DNA from: Deltaproteobacteria bacterium
GTDB lineage: Bacteria > Desulfobacterota > Binatia > UTPRO1
Direction: 5' to 3'
DNA length: 64,000 bases
Assembly (NCBI GenBank): GCA_029262315.1
Contig: JAJCZP010000168.1
Location: 10,825-74,824 of the forward strand
Made by a program: the position numbers and the translations under genes
In this document: positions 39,948 through 50,321 of the stretch, in pieces
Position numbering within the stretch: the stretch's first letter is position 1
How the letters are laid out: each line of letters begins with the position of its first letter
The notes under the pieces: model-generated
Database searches by the model: none
What the model was told of the DNA's origin: nothing
What the model saw: only the letters and a program-made list of their open reading frames with translations

Positions 39948-40682
39948 CTACTCCTCGGTTTTGACGACACTCCCGTCCGGTAGCACCCCTAAAAGATAGG
40001 CGAAGGCGCGGGCGACATACGGACCGTCCTTCGATTCCAGCGTCACCTTGACGGTGTACTCCGGGTGGCCAATTTTCGGATAAGATCCCAGCATCAAGTC
40101 CGGGAATTCACGCATCGTGTCGTTCAGAAACTCCGCGATCGTCCCCTCTCCAGCCGAAGTATAGATCACTTTCAGCTGGTACGGGATCCCGGTGAACCGG
40201 GTTTTCAAGCGCGCGACCTTCTGCTGAAAGATCTCGGGAATCCCCGGCAGAATGTAGATGTTCTCGACCTTGATGGTGGGGAAATTCAGGCTGACATCGG
40301 TAATGAGCTCGGCGCCATCAGGGACCTCGGCCATCTTCAGCCGCGCATCGTTGATCTTGTCACCGTAGAAGCCCCGCAGCTTCTCCTCGATGTCAGGATG
40401 TCGGACGACCGCCCGGCCCAGTGCACCTGCGATCCCCTCGATCGTAATATCGTCGTGCGTCGGGCCCACTCCGCCGGAGGTGAACACGAGATCGTACGCC
40501 GCGCGGCACGCGTTCACCTCCTGGCCGATCATCGCCAGATCGTCGGGCACGACCACCACGCGCTGCAGCGCGACCCCGACGCTCCGCAATTCGGTTGCGA
40601 GGAAGTGAGAATTCGAGTCCGCGACCTTCCCGGAGAGAATCTCGTTGCCGATGACAATTGCGGACGCGGTGAGCTCACCCAT
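39948..40682 (-). CDS. CinA-like molybdopterin-binding-domain protein (no PncC domain)
   Basis: IGNEILSG..DSN, SGGVGPTHDDIT, LPGIP. Confidence 0.88.
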   Translation of the reverse strand: MGELTASAIVIGNEILSGKVADSNSHFLATELRSVGVALQRVVVVPDDLAMIGQEVNACRAAYDLVFTSGGVGPTHDDITIEGIAGALGRAVVRHPDIEEKLRGFYGDKINDARLKMAEVPDGAELITDVSLNFPTIKVENIYILPGIPEIFQQKVARLKTRFTGIPYQLKVIYTSAGEGTIAEFLNDTMREFPDLMLGSYPKIGHPEYTVKVTLESKDGPYVARAFAYLLGVLPDGSVVKTEE

Positions 40683-40691
40683 GCACGAGCC

Positions 40692-42344
40692 TCAGATCGA
40701 CATCGAGCCTTTGCGAAACTCGCTCACGCCGAGCTTGACGTTGACGAGCGCCGGCTTACCCGCGCCGAGTGCCCGCTCGAGCGCGGGGCGGATGTCGGCG
40801 GGGCGCTCGACGTACTCGCCGTGCCCACCGAGCGCCTCGACCACCTGATCGTACCGGGTGAAGGCCAACTCCGTGGCGACGGACCGCTCCATGCCGTACA
40901 TCTCGACCTGGCCGCGCCGGATCTGCATCCATGCGGCATCGTTGCCGATCACGCCGACGACGTTGATCTTCTGACGTACCATCGCCTCGAACTCGAACCC
41001 GTTCAATCCGAACGCCCCGTCACCGTACACGATGACGACGTTCTTGTCGGGTCGTGCGAGCTTGGCGGCCATCGCGTAGCCCGGCCCGACGCCAAGGGTG
41101 CCGAGTGGTCCGGGATCGAGCCAGTGCGCGATCTTCGAGATCCGCAAGACCGACGCCGCCGTCGCGACGAAGTCACCGCCGTCGCCGATCACCGTCGTGT
41201 CCGGATCGAGTACTCCGTCGAGCTCCTTACAGAGGCGGAGCGGATTGACCGGGGCCGCGTCGGATTCCATCTCGGGACGCATCTGCTCGTGACGCTGCGT
41301 CTCCTTCTCGCGCAACTCCGCGACCCACGACCGGACGTCCGCACTCCCACCTTTGGCCTGCCCGGGGGTCGCCGCCGCGAGCTGCGCCATCACGAGACCG
41401 GTATCACCGACGATGCCAACATCGACATTCCGATTGCGACCGATCTCACCGCCATCGAGATCGACCTGGATCAGCTTCGCGTCGGGGTTGAGATGGGTAT
41501 CGCGCCCGTAGCCCAGCCGGAAATCGAGCGGTGTCCCGAACACGAGGATCACATCGGCCCCGCGCAGAGCGTCTTTCCGTGTCCGGTGGAAATAGTTCGC
41601 GTGATCCGGAGGAAGCGATCCCCGTCCCTGCCCGTTTACGTACACGGGCATGCCGAAGTGCTCGACGAACGGCTCGTAGGCGTCGCGGCGCTTCGACCAG
41701 AAGAGCTGGCTCCCGACCAGCGCGACGGGACGTTTCGCCCCGGCCAGCAACTCGGCCGCACGCTCGATGTAGGTGGGGTCACCCGCGATGGTCGCCTCGG
41801 TTCGATAGCCGGTTGGGACGACGACGTCGTCCTCGGCGACAGTCCCGAACAAGAAGTCGACCGGCATCTCGAGAAACACCGGACCGGGGACGCCGGTCGT
41901 CGCGATGCGGAACGCCATGCTGACGTACTCCGCCAGCCGCCGTGGCTCGGGAACGGCGTGCGACCACTTGGTGATGGGCCGCATCAAATCGACATGATTC
42001 ATGTCCTGCAGCGAGCCCATGTCCTGGAGGCTGCGTGGGCCCTGTCCGCCGATGCAGATCATCGGGATATTGGCCCGCCACGCACTGGCCACACCCGTCA
42101 CGGCGTCGGTCAATCCGGGCCCCGCTGTCACGATCGCGACGCCGGGCTGGCCGGTGACGCGCGCCCAGCCATCCGCGGCGTGAGACGCCGTCTGCTCGTG
42201 CCGGGTATCGACGACGCGAATCCCGACATCGAGGCAGCCGTCGTAGATGGGCATGACGTGCCCGCCGCAAAGCGTAAACACATGGGACACGCCCTCGGCC
42301 TTGAGTGCGCGCGCAACGATCCTACCGCCGTGAAGCTGCTCCAT
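40692..42344 (-). CDS. thiamine pyrophosphate-dependent enzyme (acetolactate synthase-like / 2-hydroxyacyl-CoA lyase-like)
   Basis: FTLCGGH, RHEQTA, TAGPG, GTLGVG, GDGAFG...GND. Confidence 0.92.
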   Translation of the reverse strand: MEQLHGGRIVARALKAEGVSHVFTLCGGHVMPIYDGCLDVGIRVVDTRHEQTASHAADGWARVTGQPGVAIVTAGPGLTDAVTGVASAWRANIPMICIGGQGPRSLQDMGSLQDMNHVDLMRPITKWSHAVPEPRRLAEYVSMAFRIATTGVPGPVFLEMPVDFLFGTVAEDDVVVPTGYRTEATIAGDPTYIERAAELLAGAKRPVALVGSQLFWSKRRDAYEPFVEHFGMPVYVNGQGRGSLPPDHANYFHRTRKDALRGADVILVFGTPLDFRLGYGRDTHLNPDAKLIQVDLDGGEIGRNRNVDVGIVGDTGLVMAQLAAATPGQAKGGSADVRSWVAELREKETQRHEQMRPEMESDAAPVNPLRLCKELDGVLDPDTTVIGDGGDFVATAASVLRISKIAHWLDPGPLGTLGVGPGYAMAAKLARPDKNVVIVYGDGAFGLNGFEFEAMVRQKINVVGVIGNDAAWMQIRRGQVEMYGMERSVATELAFTRYDQVVEALGGHGEYVERPADIRPALERALGAGKPALVNVKLGVSEFRKGSMSI

Positions 42345-42494
42345 GAGTGTCCTGCCCCCCTGAAGAAGAAATGAGCGAGCGGGTATTATATCCGCCGTGC
42401 TCGAACCCTGGCAAGGAGAGGCTGGCTGGAGCACCGTCGCAGGGCGGTTCACCTCGCAACCGACGTCGGCGCGGGCAGAAAGCTCGTGATCCGC

Positions 42495-43547
42495 CTAGCC
42501 GACTTCCATGTCGACACCGCGGAGATCCTCGAAATGCTCTTCGAGGAACTCGCGCAGCCGCCGTTTTACGCGACTCTCGATCTGACGAACCCGCTCGCGA
42601 CTGATGCCGTAGCGGTCACCGATTTCCTGCAGCGTGTGTGGCTCCTCGGCCAGCAAACGCTCGTCGAAGATCACGCGATCCTTGTCCCGCAACGTCGCCC
42701 CGAACTCACGGATCTTGGTGCCGACGCGTGCCCGGAACTCCTCGCGGGCGACTTCGTCCTCGGTCGTCTCGGTGCCACTTTTCAAGAGGTCGAGCAGCGT
42801 CGACTCGTCACCCTCTCGCACCGGCGCGTCGACGGACAGATCGCGCCCCGACAACCGCTGATCCATCTCGATGACCTCGCGCTCCTTCACGTCGAGCTGC
42901 TTGGCGAGCGCCTTCGCGTCCGCTGAGAACCCCTTCGCTTCGAGCTTGTCTTTCTCTTTCTGCAGATTGAAGAAGAGCTTCCGCTGGGCTTGGGTGGTCC
43001 CAAGCTTCACCATGCGCCAATTGTTCATGACGTAGCGAATGACGTAGGCGCGAATCCACCACACCGCGTAGGACGGGAAGCGAACGCCCCGATAGGGGTC
43101 GAAGTTCTTCACCGCCTCCATGAGCCCGATGTTGCCCTCCTGAATGAGGTCAAGGAGGGCCTTGAACGAGCGCTGATACTGGCGCGCGATCATGACGACC
43201 AAGCGCAAGTTTCCCGTCACGAGGCGGTACGCGGCCTCGACGTCATGGTCGCGTTGATATCGCACCGCAAGCTCGTGCTCTTCCTCACGCGTCAGCAACG
43301 GGTGGCGGCGGATCTCCTGCAGATAGCGCTGCAGGGGATCGTAGCGGACCAGCGCGCCCGCGTCCGGATCCTCGGACGCAGCGAGAGCACCTCCGATCGG
43401 GCGCGCGATCGGCCGTCCCTCGTCGTCGAGCGCGGTCTCGACCTCGATCTCGGCAACGGCATCGGCCGCGGCGGCCGGCTCTGCATCCGTCTCGGCTACG
43501 ACCTCGACTTCGGGCTCGAGCGGGCCCTTCTGGGATCGTCGACTCAT
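42495..43547 (-). CDS. rpoH: RNA polymerase sigma factor RpoH (sigma-32)
   Basis: DLIQEGNIGLM, YAVWWIRA, RpoH box TTQAQRKLFFNL, TLQEIG...SRERVRQIE. Confidence 0.93.
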   Translation of the reverse strand: MSRRSQKGPLEPEVEVVAETDAEPAAAADAVAEIEVETALDDEGRPIARPIGGALAASEDPDAGALVRYDPLQRYLQEIRRHPLLTREEEHELAVRYQRDHDVEAAYRLVTGNLRLVVMIARQYQRSFKALLDLIQEGNIGLMEAVKNFDPYRGVRFPSYAVWWIRAYVIRYVMNNWRMVKLGTTQAQRKLFFNLQKEKDKLEAKGFSADAKALAKQLDVKEREVIEMDQRLSGRDLSVDAPVREGDESTLLDLLKSGTETTEDEVAREEFRARVGTKIREFGATLRDKDRVIFDERLLAEEPHTLQEIGDRYGISRERVRQIESRVKRRLREFLEEHFEDLRGVDMEVG

Positions 43548-43551
43548 CGGC

Positions 43552-44562
43552 TCAGAGCCTCACGTCAGCGCGAGGATCTCGCGAATAGCCCTTCTCGAGG
43601 GTCTGGATGGCCTCGCGAACACCGTCGTCTGTGCGGTCGGGAACGTGCACCTGAAGCACGACGTAGAAATCGCCGTGCCCGCTCCCTTTCATGCGAGGCA
43701 CCCCTTTGCCCCGCAGGCGCAATTTCGCGCCGCTTTGGCTTCCAACTGGAATCTTGACCTTCACGTTCCCCGCGGGCGTGGGAACCGTGACCTGCGCCCC
43801 GAGCAGCGCCTCACCGATGGTGATCGGGAGGTCGAGCGCCAGATCCTGCCCCAGACGACGTAGCAACGGATGCGGGCGCACCCGGGTAGCAATGAAGAGA
43901 TCCCCGGCCGCACCGCCGCCCGACCCCGCGCCGCCCTTGCCAGCGAGACGGACCCGCGATCCGTCGTCGACCCCCGCGGGGATCTTCACACGCAGGCGCT
44001 CCGATTTCTCGATCGCGCCGGTCCCGTAGCAAGTCGGACACCGGCGGGTCGCCCCGTCCATACCCGACCCACGACAGGTCGTGCAGGTCACCGGCTTCTG
44101 CAACGCGATCGTGGCACTGGTGCCGCGAACGGCCTCGAGGAAATCGATCTCGAGCGAGGACTCGAGATCCGCTCCCCGCGCGGCTGGGGCCTTGCGTCGA
44201 CCCTGGCTCCCGCGGGTCGCACGTTGACCGAACAGATCGCCGAGGATGTCCTCGAAACTGTAGCCGCCGAAGTCGCCCTGGGGCTGAGGACCCGGGCCTC
44301 GCTTGAACTGACGCGCGCGGGTGGGATCGAACCCCGCCTGTAATCCATCGAACCCGAACTCGTCGTACAGACCGCGCTTGTCCGGGTCGGACAGAATGTC
44401 GTGCGCGACCGAGATCCGCTTGAACCGTTCCTCGGCCTTCGCCTCCCCCTGATTCACATCAGGGTGAAACTTACGCGCGAGCTTCCGGTAGGCCTTCTTG
44501 ATGTCGTCGGCCGAGGCCGACTTCTTAACACCAAGCTCGGCGTACAGTTCGGGTGTTGCCAT
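43552..44562 (-). CDS. DnaJ-family chaperone with a reduced zinc finger
   Basis: J domain with HPD; only two CxxCxGxG repeats; C-terminal KIPAGV and LRLRGKG. Confidence 0.9.
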   Translation of the reverse strand: MATPELYAELGVKKSASADDIKKAYRKLARKFHPDVNQGEAKAEERFKRISVAHDILSDPDKRGLYDEFGFDGLQAGFDPTRARQFKRGPGPQPQGDFGGYSFEDILGDLFGQRATRGSQGRRKAPAARGADLESSLEIDFLEAVRGTSATIALQKPVTCTTCRGSGMDGATRRCPTCYGTGAIEKSERLRVKIPAGVDDGSRVRLAGKGGAGSGGGAAGDLFIATRVRPHPLLRRLGQDLALDLPITIGEALLGAQVTVPTPAGNVKVKIPVGSQSGAKLRLRGKGVPRMKGSGHGDFYVVLQVHVPDRTDDGVREAIQTLEKGYSRDPRADVRL

Positions 44563-44652
44563 CGGAGCAAAGACCGCCGTCTCAGGGGGCCAAACGCACC
44601 CGGCACCCGGCCCAGCGCGCGACAATGCGCGGCGTCATCGCGAGGGCCGAAA

Positions 44653-44874
44653 TCAGTCGGTCTTCTCGGGCGGCAATGCCGGCGGCCCGGGATCGCCGAT
44701 CCATACTTTGCCCGAAGCAATCTCCCGCAGCGCGGTGACGACTTCTTTGTTGTCGGCATCGAGCAACGGCCGCGAACCTTTGAGAAGCTGCTTGGCCCGC
44801 TTGGCACCCAGGAGGACGAGCTGGAACCGGTTCGCCACGTTATCGAGACAATCTTCAACGGTGATCCTGGCCAT
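44653..44874 (-). CDS. rpoZ: RNA polymerase omega subunit
   Basis: [16 protein letters not shown]...KRAKQL...VTALREIA. Confidence 0.96.
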   Translation of the reverse strand: MARITVEDCLDNVANRFQLVLLGAKRAKQLLKGSRPLLDADNKEVVTALREIASGKVWIGDPGPPALPPEKTD

Positions 44875-44995
44875 CTAGTCCTCCTCGGCGAAACCTACGA
44901 GCCACGGGCAATATAGCGGAATCACACCCGTAAGGAAACTGGGCGCCCAGGGCAACTTGACAGCCCCGTGGGGCGCCGATAACGAGAGCGACCTC

Positions 44996-45460
44996 ATGGG
45001 ACTGTTCACAAACATCCGTCGCATGGCGGCGGGCCCACGCGGGCGCCTCCTGGAAGACCTGGTCACCGCATTCAACAGTGAGCAGCAGCTGGCGGACCAA
45101 CTCCGCGCCCATGCCAAGGCCGTGCCGTACCCCTCCCTCGCCGGCAGCCTCAGCGATCTCGCAGGGGGCAACGAACAGAACGGCAGCCTCCTCAAGAGCG
45201 AGATCGAGCGGCTCGGGGGCACGATCCGCGTCCCCGACCAGCCTGTACCGCGCCCTGGCAAAAACTACTGGGAGCGGCTGACGTTCGACCTCGACGATCT
45301 ACGCGCAATGAGCCGCCGCTACGTCGAGTTTGCCCAGCACTGGGACACCGAGTACCCGGAAGCCGCCGCGCTATTCAGCACGCTGGCGCGCGAAGCCGGC
45401 ACCAGCGGACGCACCGTCCGCGATATGATCGCGCGTAGCGACTCACACGCCGTCGACTGA
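44996..45460 (+). CDS. hypothetical protein, possibly ferritin-like fold
   Basis: Helical pattern ending ..IERLGG; clean ORF between rpoZ and tlyA. Confidence 0.65.
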   Translation: MGLFTNIRRMAAGPRGRLLEDLVTAFNSEQQLADQLRAHAKAVPYPSLAGSLSDLAGGNEQNGSLLKSEIERLGGTIRVPDQPVPRPGKNYWERLTFDLDDLRAMSRRYVEFAQHWDTEYPEAAALFSTLAREAGTSGRTVRDMIARSDSHAVD

Positions 45461-45466
45461 TCCCCT

Positions 45467-46222
45467 TCAGCGCCCGCTCGGCACGCGCAGCACCAGGAAG
45501 AACTCGCGATTGCCCGCCGGCCCGATGAGCGGCGACGTCAGCAATCCCTCCACCGCGAGCCCGAGGCCTAGGCTCACCCCCTGCACGGCGGCAAGAACCT
45601 CGGCGTGCAGCGCCGGATCGCGCACGACCCCGCCGGCGCCGACGCGGCCTTTCCCCACCTCGAATTGCGGCTTCACCAACGCGACCACGGTCGCTCCTGG
45701 TCGGAGAAGCGGGATGACCGCCGGCAGCACCAATCGCAACGAGATGAACGAGACGTCGATCGTCGCGAGATCCAGGATCTCCGGGAAGCTGGTCGGCGTC
45801 AGCGTGCGCGCATTGGTGCGCTCCAGGTTGATGACGCGCGCGTCCTCACGCAGTTGCCACGCCAGCTGGCCGTAGCCGACATCGACGGCGTAGACCCGTG
45901 CCGCCCCGCGCTGCAAGAGACAATCGGTAAACCCGCCGGTGGACGCCCCCATATCGAGGCACACCAAGCCGGTGACATCGAGCCCCACACCATCGAGTGC
46001 CCCCGCGAGCTTGACCCCACCCCGGCTGACGAAAGGATGCTCGTGCCCGCGAACCTCGAGCGGGCCATCGATCGCGATCTTCAGACCAGGCTTGTCGAGC
46101 CGCCGGTCGCCCGCGAACACCGCCCCGGCCATGATCAGGCGCTGCGCTCGCTCACGGCTAGGAGCGAGCCCCCGATCGACGAGCACTTTGTCCAGGCGCT
46201 CCTTCCGTCCGGCCGCTGTCAC
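45467..46222 (-). CDS. tlyA: TlyA family rRNA methyltransferase
   Basis: S4-like RLDKVLV..GLA.SRE, VSRGG.KL, DMGASTGGFTD, DVSFIS, KPQFE. Confidence 0.94.
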   Translation of the reverse strand: MTAAGRKERLDKVLVDRGLAPSRERAQRLIMAGAVFAGDRRLDKPGLKIAIDGPLEVRGHEHPFVSRGGVKLAGALDGVGLDVTGLVCLDMGASTGGFTDCLLQRGAARVYAVDVGYGQLAWQLREDARVINLERTNARTLTPTSFPEILDLATIDVSFISLRLVLPAVIPLLRPGATVVALVKPQFEVGKGRVGAGGVVRDPALHAEVLAAVQGVSLGLGLAVEGLLTSPLIGPAGNREFFLVLRVPSGR

Positions 46223-46254
46223 CTGCTCGCCCCGAGCACTCGACGCTCCCTGGA

Positions 46255-47145
46255 CTACGCCGTCGCGCGCTCGACCACGAACGACGCCAGGGCTCGCAGC
46301 TGGTCGCCCGCCGGGCCGAGAGGCTCGAGCGCCGCGTGGCACTGGGTCTTCAGATCGCACGCGACGCGGCGTGCGCCGTCCACACCAAGCACCGCGGGAT
46401 ACGTGGCCTTCTGGTGCTCGGCATCACGGCCGGCGCGCTTGCCCGTCACCGCTGTCGGTGCGGCATCGAGGATGTCGTCGGCAACCTGGAATGCCAGCCC
46501 GAGCGCACGGCCGAAGGCTCGCAGCGCCTCCAGCGTCCGCCCGGAAGCCCCGCCAGCCAGCGCGCCGGTCTCGACGGCTACCCCCAGGAGCGCGCCGGTC
46601 TTGCGACGATGAATGGCTTCGACCAGCGTCAGATCGGCGGGCTTCCCCGCGGCGTCGAGATCCAGGGCTTGGCCTCCCACCATGCCTCGCTCACCCGCGG
46701 CGACCGCGATCGCCGTGACGATGGCCAGCACACGATCAGGTGCGAGCCCGCTCCGCACACCGCCCTCCGCAGCAACGCGGAACGCGGCCGTCAGCAACGC
46801 GTCGCCAGTGAGCACGGCGACCGCTTCGCCGAACGCAACGTGGACCGTGGGACGACCCCGACGGAGGTCGTCGTCATCCATGGCCGGCAGATCGTCATGT
46901 ACGAGTGAGTACGTATGAATCAGCTCGAGCGCGCAGGCGAAGGGCTCCGCGTGGGCACTCGAACCGCCGACGGCCTCGCACGCGGCAAGCGCCAGGACCG
47001 GACGCATGCGCTTGCCTCCGGAGAACACGGCATAGCGCATCGCCTCGACCAGGTGCGCCGGTGCATCGTCGTGCGGCTGAAGCACCGCGTCGAGCGCGGC
47101 ATCGATCGTCGTCCGCCAATCCGCGAGACTGGCATCGAGCGTCAC
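46255..47145 (-). CDS. ispA: polyprenyl (farnesyl) diphosphate synthase
   Basis: GGKRMRP, HDDLPAMDDDDLRRG, GQALD, KTG, FQVADDILD. Confidence 0.94.
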   Translation of the reverse strand: MTLDASLADWRTTIDAALDAVLQPHDDAPAHLVEAMRYAVFSGGKRMRPVLALAACEAVGGSSAHAEPFACALELIHTYSLVHDDLPAMDDDDLRRGRPTVHVAFGEAVAVLTGDALLTAAFRVAAEGGVRSGLAPDRVLAIVTAIAVAAGERGMVGGQALDLDAAGKPADLTLVEAIHRRKTGALLGVAVETGALAGGASGRTLEALRAFGRALGLAFQVADDILDAAPTAVTGKRAGRDAEHQKATYPAVLGVDGARRVACDLKTQCHAALEPLGPAGDQLRALASFVVERATA

Positions 47146-47417
47146 TCGTCCACCGGGTCGAGGGGCCTGGTGCGTAGGCCGCCCTCCGCCCCACCCTCGT
47201 GATCGCGCATGAGCACGTCGACGCGACGCTCGACGCCTGCGAGCTTCTCGTTCAGCACCCGGACGAGTGCCACTCCCTGCTCGAACGCCGCGAGGGAGTC
47301 CTCGAGCGAGAGGTCGCCCGACTCGAGACGCTGGACGGTGCTCTCCAGATCGCGGAGCGCCTCCTCGAACCGGAGGGCGTCGGGCGTCGGATTTTTGTCG
47401 GTCTTGCGTGGGCTCAT
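47142..47417 (-). CDS. xseB: exodeoxyribonuclease VII small subunit
   Basis: FEEALRDLE..V..LESGDLSLEDSL..FEQG. Confidence 0.93.
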   Translation of the reverse strand: MSPRKTDKNPTPDALRFEEALRDLESTVQRLESGDLSLEDSLAAFEQGVALVRVLNEKLAGVERRVDVLMRDHEGGAEGGLRTRPLDPVDE

Positions 47418-47478
47418 TTAGCGCATCGCCGCCGTCGGACGGCTTACTCGAAACGACCGCGGATGCCAACGGGGAAGA

Positions 47479-48867
47479 TCACGCTGACGTCGGGTCGTCC
47501 CCGCCACTGCTCTCGATCCGGGCCCGCGCCCGTCCAGCTGCGAACCTGATCTCGACCTCGTCGCCCGCTGCCACTGCCGCCGCGTCTCGGACGACCGTCC
47601 GATCAGGGAGCGTCCGGGTAAGACTGTAACCGCGCTGCAGGACGGCAAGCGGGCTGAGGTCGTCGAGCGCCGAAGCCGCGCGCGCCACCCGGCCCCGCGC
47701 CTGCTGCACCACGTGCCCGGCGGCAAGCTGCAGGCGGCGCTCTACCGCGTCCAGGTGCGCCGCCAGCCCCGCGGTCCGCGTCCGCGGATCCTGCACGTGC
47801 AGGCGATGCCGGGCGCTGTCAACCGCCGTGCGCGCGGCATCGAGCAGTCCACCAAGGGCCTGCGTCGCGCGCACGGTGAGCCCTTCGATGCGAACCCGAC
47901 GCTCGAGCAAGGTCCGGCGCGGATCACGGAGGCGGCGACCGAGATCGTCTACCCGCCGACGCTCTCGCGTCGTCTGGCGCTCGACCGAGGCAACGAGCGC
48001 CGCCGTCGCGCGGGCGACGGTCGCCGCGAGGTCGACGACACGCGGCACCACGATCTCGGCGGCAGCCGTTGGTGTCGGCGCCCGGCGATCGGCAACCAGA
48101 TCGGCGATCGTAACATCGACCTCGTGCCCAACCGCCGAGATAACCGGAATGCGGGACGCCAAGATGGCACGCGCTACCCGTTCCTCGTTGAAGGGCCAAA
48201 GATCCTCGAGCGATCCACCCCCGCGCCCGACGATGAGCACTTCCACCCCCGGATAGGCATTCAAGTCGGCGATGGCGCGTACCAGGTCGTCCGCGGCGCC
48301 CTCGCCTTGCACCCGCGCGGAACTGACGACCACGTGGGCTCCCGGATGTCGCTCGTGGAGCACGACGAGGATGTCCCGAAGCGCCGCACCGCCAACAGCC
48401 GTGGCGATACCGATACGGTGTGGGAAGAACGGCAGCGGACGTTTGCGCTCCTCGGCGAAGAGCCCCTCGGCGGCGAGGCGTGCCTTCAACTGCTCGAAGG
48501 CGAGTTGCAGGGCGCCCCGCCCTTGGGGGTCCATCGTCTCGACGTAGAGCTGCATCTCACCCCGCGCCGGATAGACACTCACCTGCCCACGGACGATGAC
48601 CTCCTGACCGTCCGCCGGGGTAAAGACCAACGACTGCAGGGCGCTGCGAAACATCACGCACCGCACCTGACAGCGGTCGTCCTTCAACGTGAAGTAGGCG
48701 TGCCCGGACGGAGCACGGCGCAAGTTCGACACCTCGCCGGCAACCAGGACCTGCCCGACCTCGCGCTCGAGCGTGGCGCGCAGCAGCGTCGCCAGCTCGG
48801 TCACGGAGAGCGTCGGCGACAATCCGTGGGGTCCCAGGGATCGCGACGGGCGACGAGCGACCCTCAT
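47479..48867 (-). CDS. xseA: exodeoxyribonuclease VII large subunit
   Basis: GEVSN..SGHAYFTLKD, RGGGSLEDLW, SAVGHE, DRRAPTPT, LQRGYS. Confidence 0.95.
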   Translation of the reverse strand: MRVARRPSRSLGPHGLSPTLSVTELATLLRATLEREVGQVLVAGEVSNLRRAPSGHAYFTLKDDRCQVRCVMFRSALQSLVFTPADGQEVIVRGQVSVYPARGEMQLYVETMDPQGRGALQLAFEQLKARLAAEGLFAEERKRPLPFFPHRIGIATAVGGAALRDILVVLHERHPGAHVVVSSARVQGEGAADDLVRAIADLNAYPGVEVLIVGRGGGSLEDLWPFNEERVARAILASRIPVISAVGHEVDVTIADLVADRRAPTPTAAAEIVVPRVVDLAATVARATAALVASVERQTTRERRRVDDLGRRLRDPRRTLLERRVRIEGLTVRATQALGGLLDAARTAVDSARHRLHVQDPRTRTAGLAAHLDAVERRLQLAAGHVVQQARGRVARAASALDDLSPLAVLQRGYSLTRTLPDRTVVRDAAAVAAGDEVEIRFAAGRARARIESSGGDDPTSA

Positions 48868-48894
48868 CGCTCGCTCATCGCTCGCATGGCGTGC

Positions 48895-50253
48895 CTACTC
48901 CCGCTTGGCGAGAACCGTGCTGAACACGCGCCAGCTCTTCAGCAACTCGAGCGCGTGGTCGAGCTGTGGATCGCCTCCGAGCACGCCCTGCTCAGGTAGA
49001 CCCGGCTCGGCATCTTCCGCATCGTCCGCGTCCGCATCGGGCTCGGCCCGCGCCGGCTCGCTGCCACGCCCGCGCCCGTCGATATGCCCCGGCAGATTCA
49101 GCTCGCGCACGCCAGACGTGCGATCTTCATCGACGCGCGCCATCCGCACGTTCTCCATGACGATGTCGGGCTCGATGCCTTTTGCCTGAATGGAACGTCC
49201 GCTCGGCGTGTAGTAGCGCGCCGTCGTCAGTCGAAGTGCCGAACGGTCGTCGAGTGGAAGGATGGTCTGGACGGACCCCTTGCCAAACGTGGTCGTCCCG
49301 AGCACCAGGGCGCGCTTGTGGTCCTGCAACGCGCCGGCAACGATCTCGGAGGCGCTCGCGGTGCCGCCGTTCACGAGGATCACCATCGGGAAGTCGGGAT
49401 AGCTCCCGGTGCGATGGGCGAAGTACTTCTGCTTCTGATTGTCGAGACGCCCGTCGGTGTACACGATCAGGCCCGAGTCGAGGAACAGGTCGCTGACCTT
49501 GACGGCCTGGGTGAGCAGCCCGCCGGGATCGTTGCGAAGGTCGAGCACGAGCCCCTCGATCCCGTCGCTGCGTGTCCATTCCTCGAGTGCCCGCCCGACA
49601 TCGTTGGCGGTGCGCTCCTGAAACTGTGCGATCCGGATGTAGCCGTACCCGTCGTCGAGCGTCTTCGACTTGACGCTGCGGATCTTGATCACCTCGCGCA
49701 CGAGCGAAACGTCGAGCAGTCTGCCCACCCCTTCGCGACGCAAGGTCAGCTCGATCTTCGTGCCCTTCTTGCCGCGCATTTTCTTCACGGCCTCGAGCAA
49801 CGACATGTCTTTGGTGAACTCGCCGTCGATCTTGATGATCTGGTCGGCCGCCTGCATGCCGGCCCGGTGGGCTGGCGTGTCTTCGATCGGGGAGACCACC
49901 GTCAGCACACCATCGCGCAGCGTGATCTCGATACCGAGGCCCCCGAAGCTCCCCTTCGTGTCGACCTGCAACTCCTTGTAGAGATCCGGCGTCAGGTACG
50001 CGCTGTGGGGATCCAGCGACATGAGCATGCCGGTAATGGCGCCCTCGACCAGTTGCTCGGTCTCGATCTCCTCGACGTAGTTCTTCTGCACGATCGCGAG
50101 GATGTTGGTGAAGGCCTGCAACTCTTCATAGGCCGCATCCCTGCCAACCGCGCCCACATGCTCGACCACACGCCCGCCCGCAAGGAAGGTCAACAGGACC
50201 ACGAGCAACGCGACAAAGAACGTGACACCACGCCGTGAGGAGGCCATCGTCAT
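48895..50253 (-). CDS. ctpA: carboxyl-terminal processing protease (S41)
   Basis: LDPHS, PDZ-like GLGI, DLRNDPGG, ASASEI, FGKGSVQ. Confidence 0.94.
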   Translation of the reverse strand: MTMASSRRGVTFFVALLVVLLTFLAGGRVVEHVGAVGRDAAYEELQAFTNILAIVQKNYVEEIETEQLVEGAITGMLMSLDPHSAYLTPDLYKELQVDTKGSFGGLGIEITLRDGVLTVVSPIEDTPAHRAGMQAADQIIKIDGEFTKDMSLLEAVKKMRGKKGTKIELTLRREGVGRLLDVSLVREVIKIRSVKSKTLDDGYGYIRIAQFQERTANDVGRALEEWTRSDGIEGLVLDLRNDPGGLLTQAVKVSDLFLDSGLIVYTDGRLDNQKQKYFAHRTGSYPDFPMVILVNGGTASASEIVAGALQDHKRALVLGTTTFGKGSVQTILPLDDRSALRLTTARYYTPSGRSIQAKGIEPDIVMENVRMARVDEDRTSGVRELNLPGHIDGRGRGSEPARAEPDADADDAEDAEPGLPEQGVLGGDPQLDHALELLKSWRVFSTVLAKRE

Positions 50254-50321
50254 CCACTATACTAGACCCGCCCGCCGCCGCAAAGGAGTGTATCGGAGCT
50301 TCCGAGGATCGGGTGGAACCG

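Noticed and set aside
40065-42374. 769-aa plus-strand ORF
   Set aside because: Antisense shadow of the TPP enzyme and CinA-like genes; no motifs.
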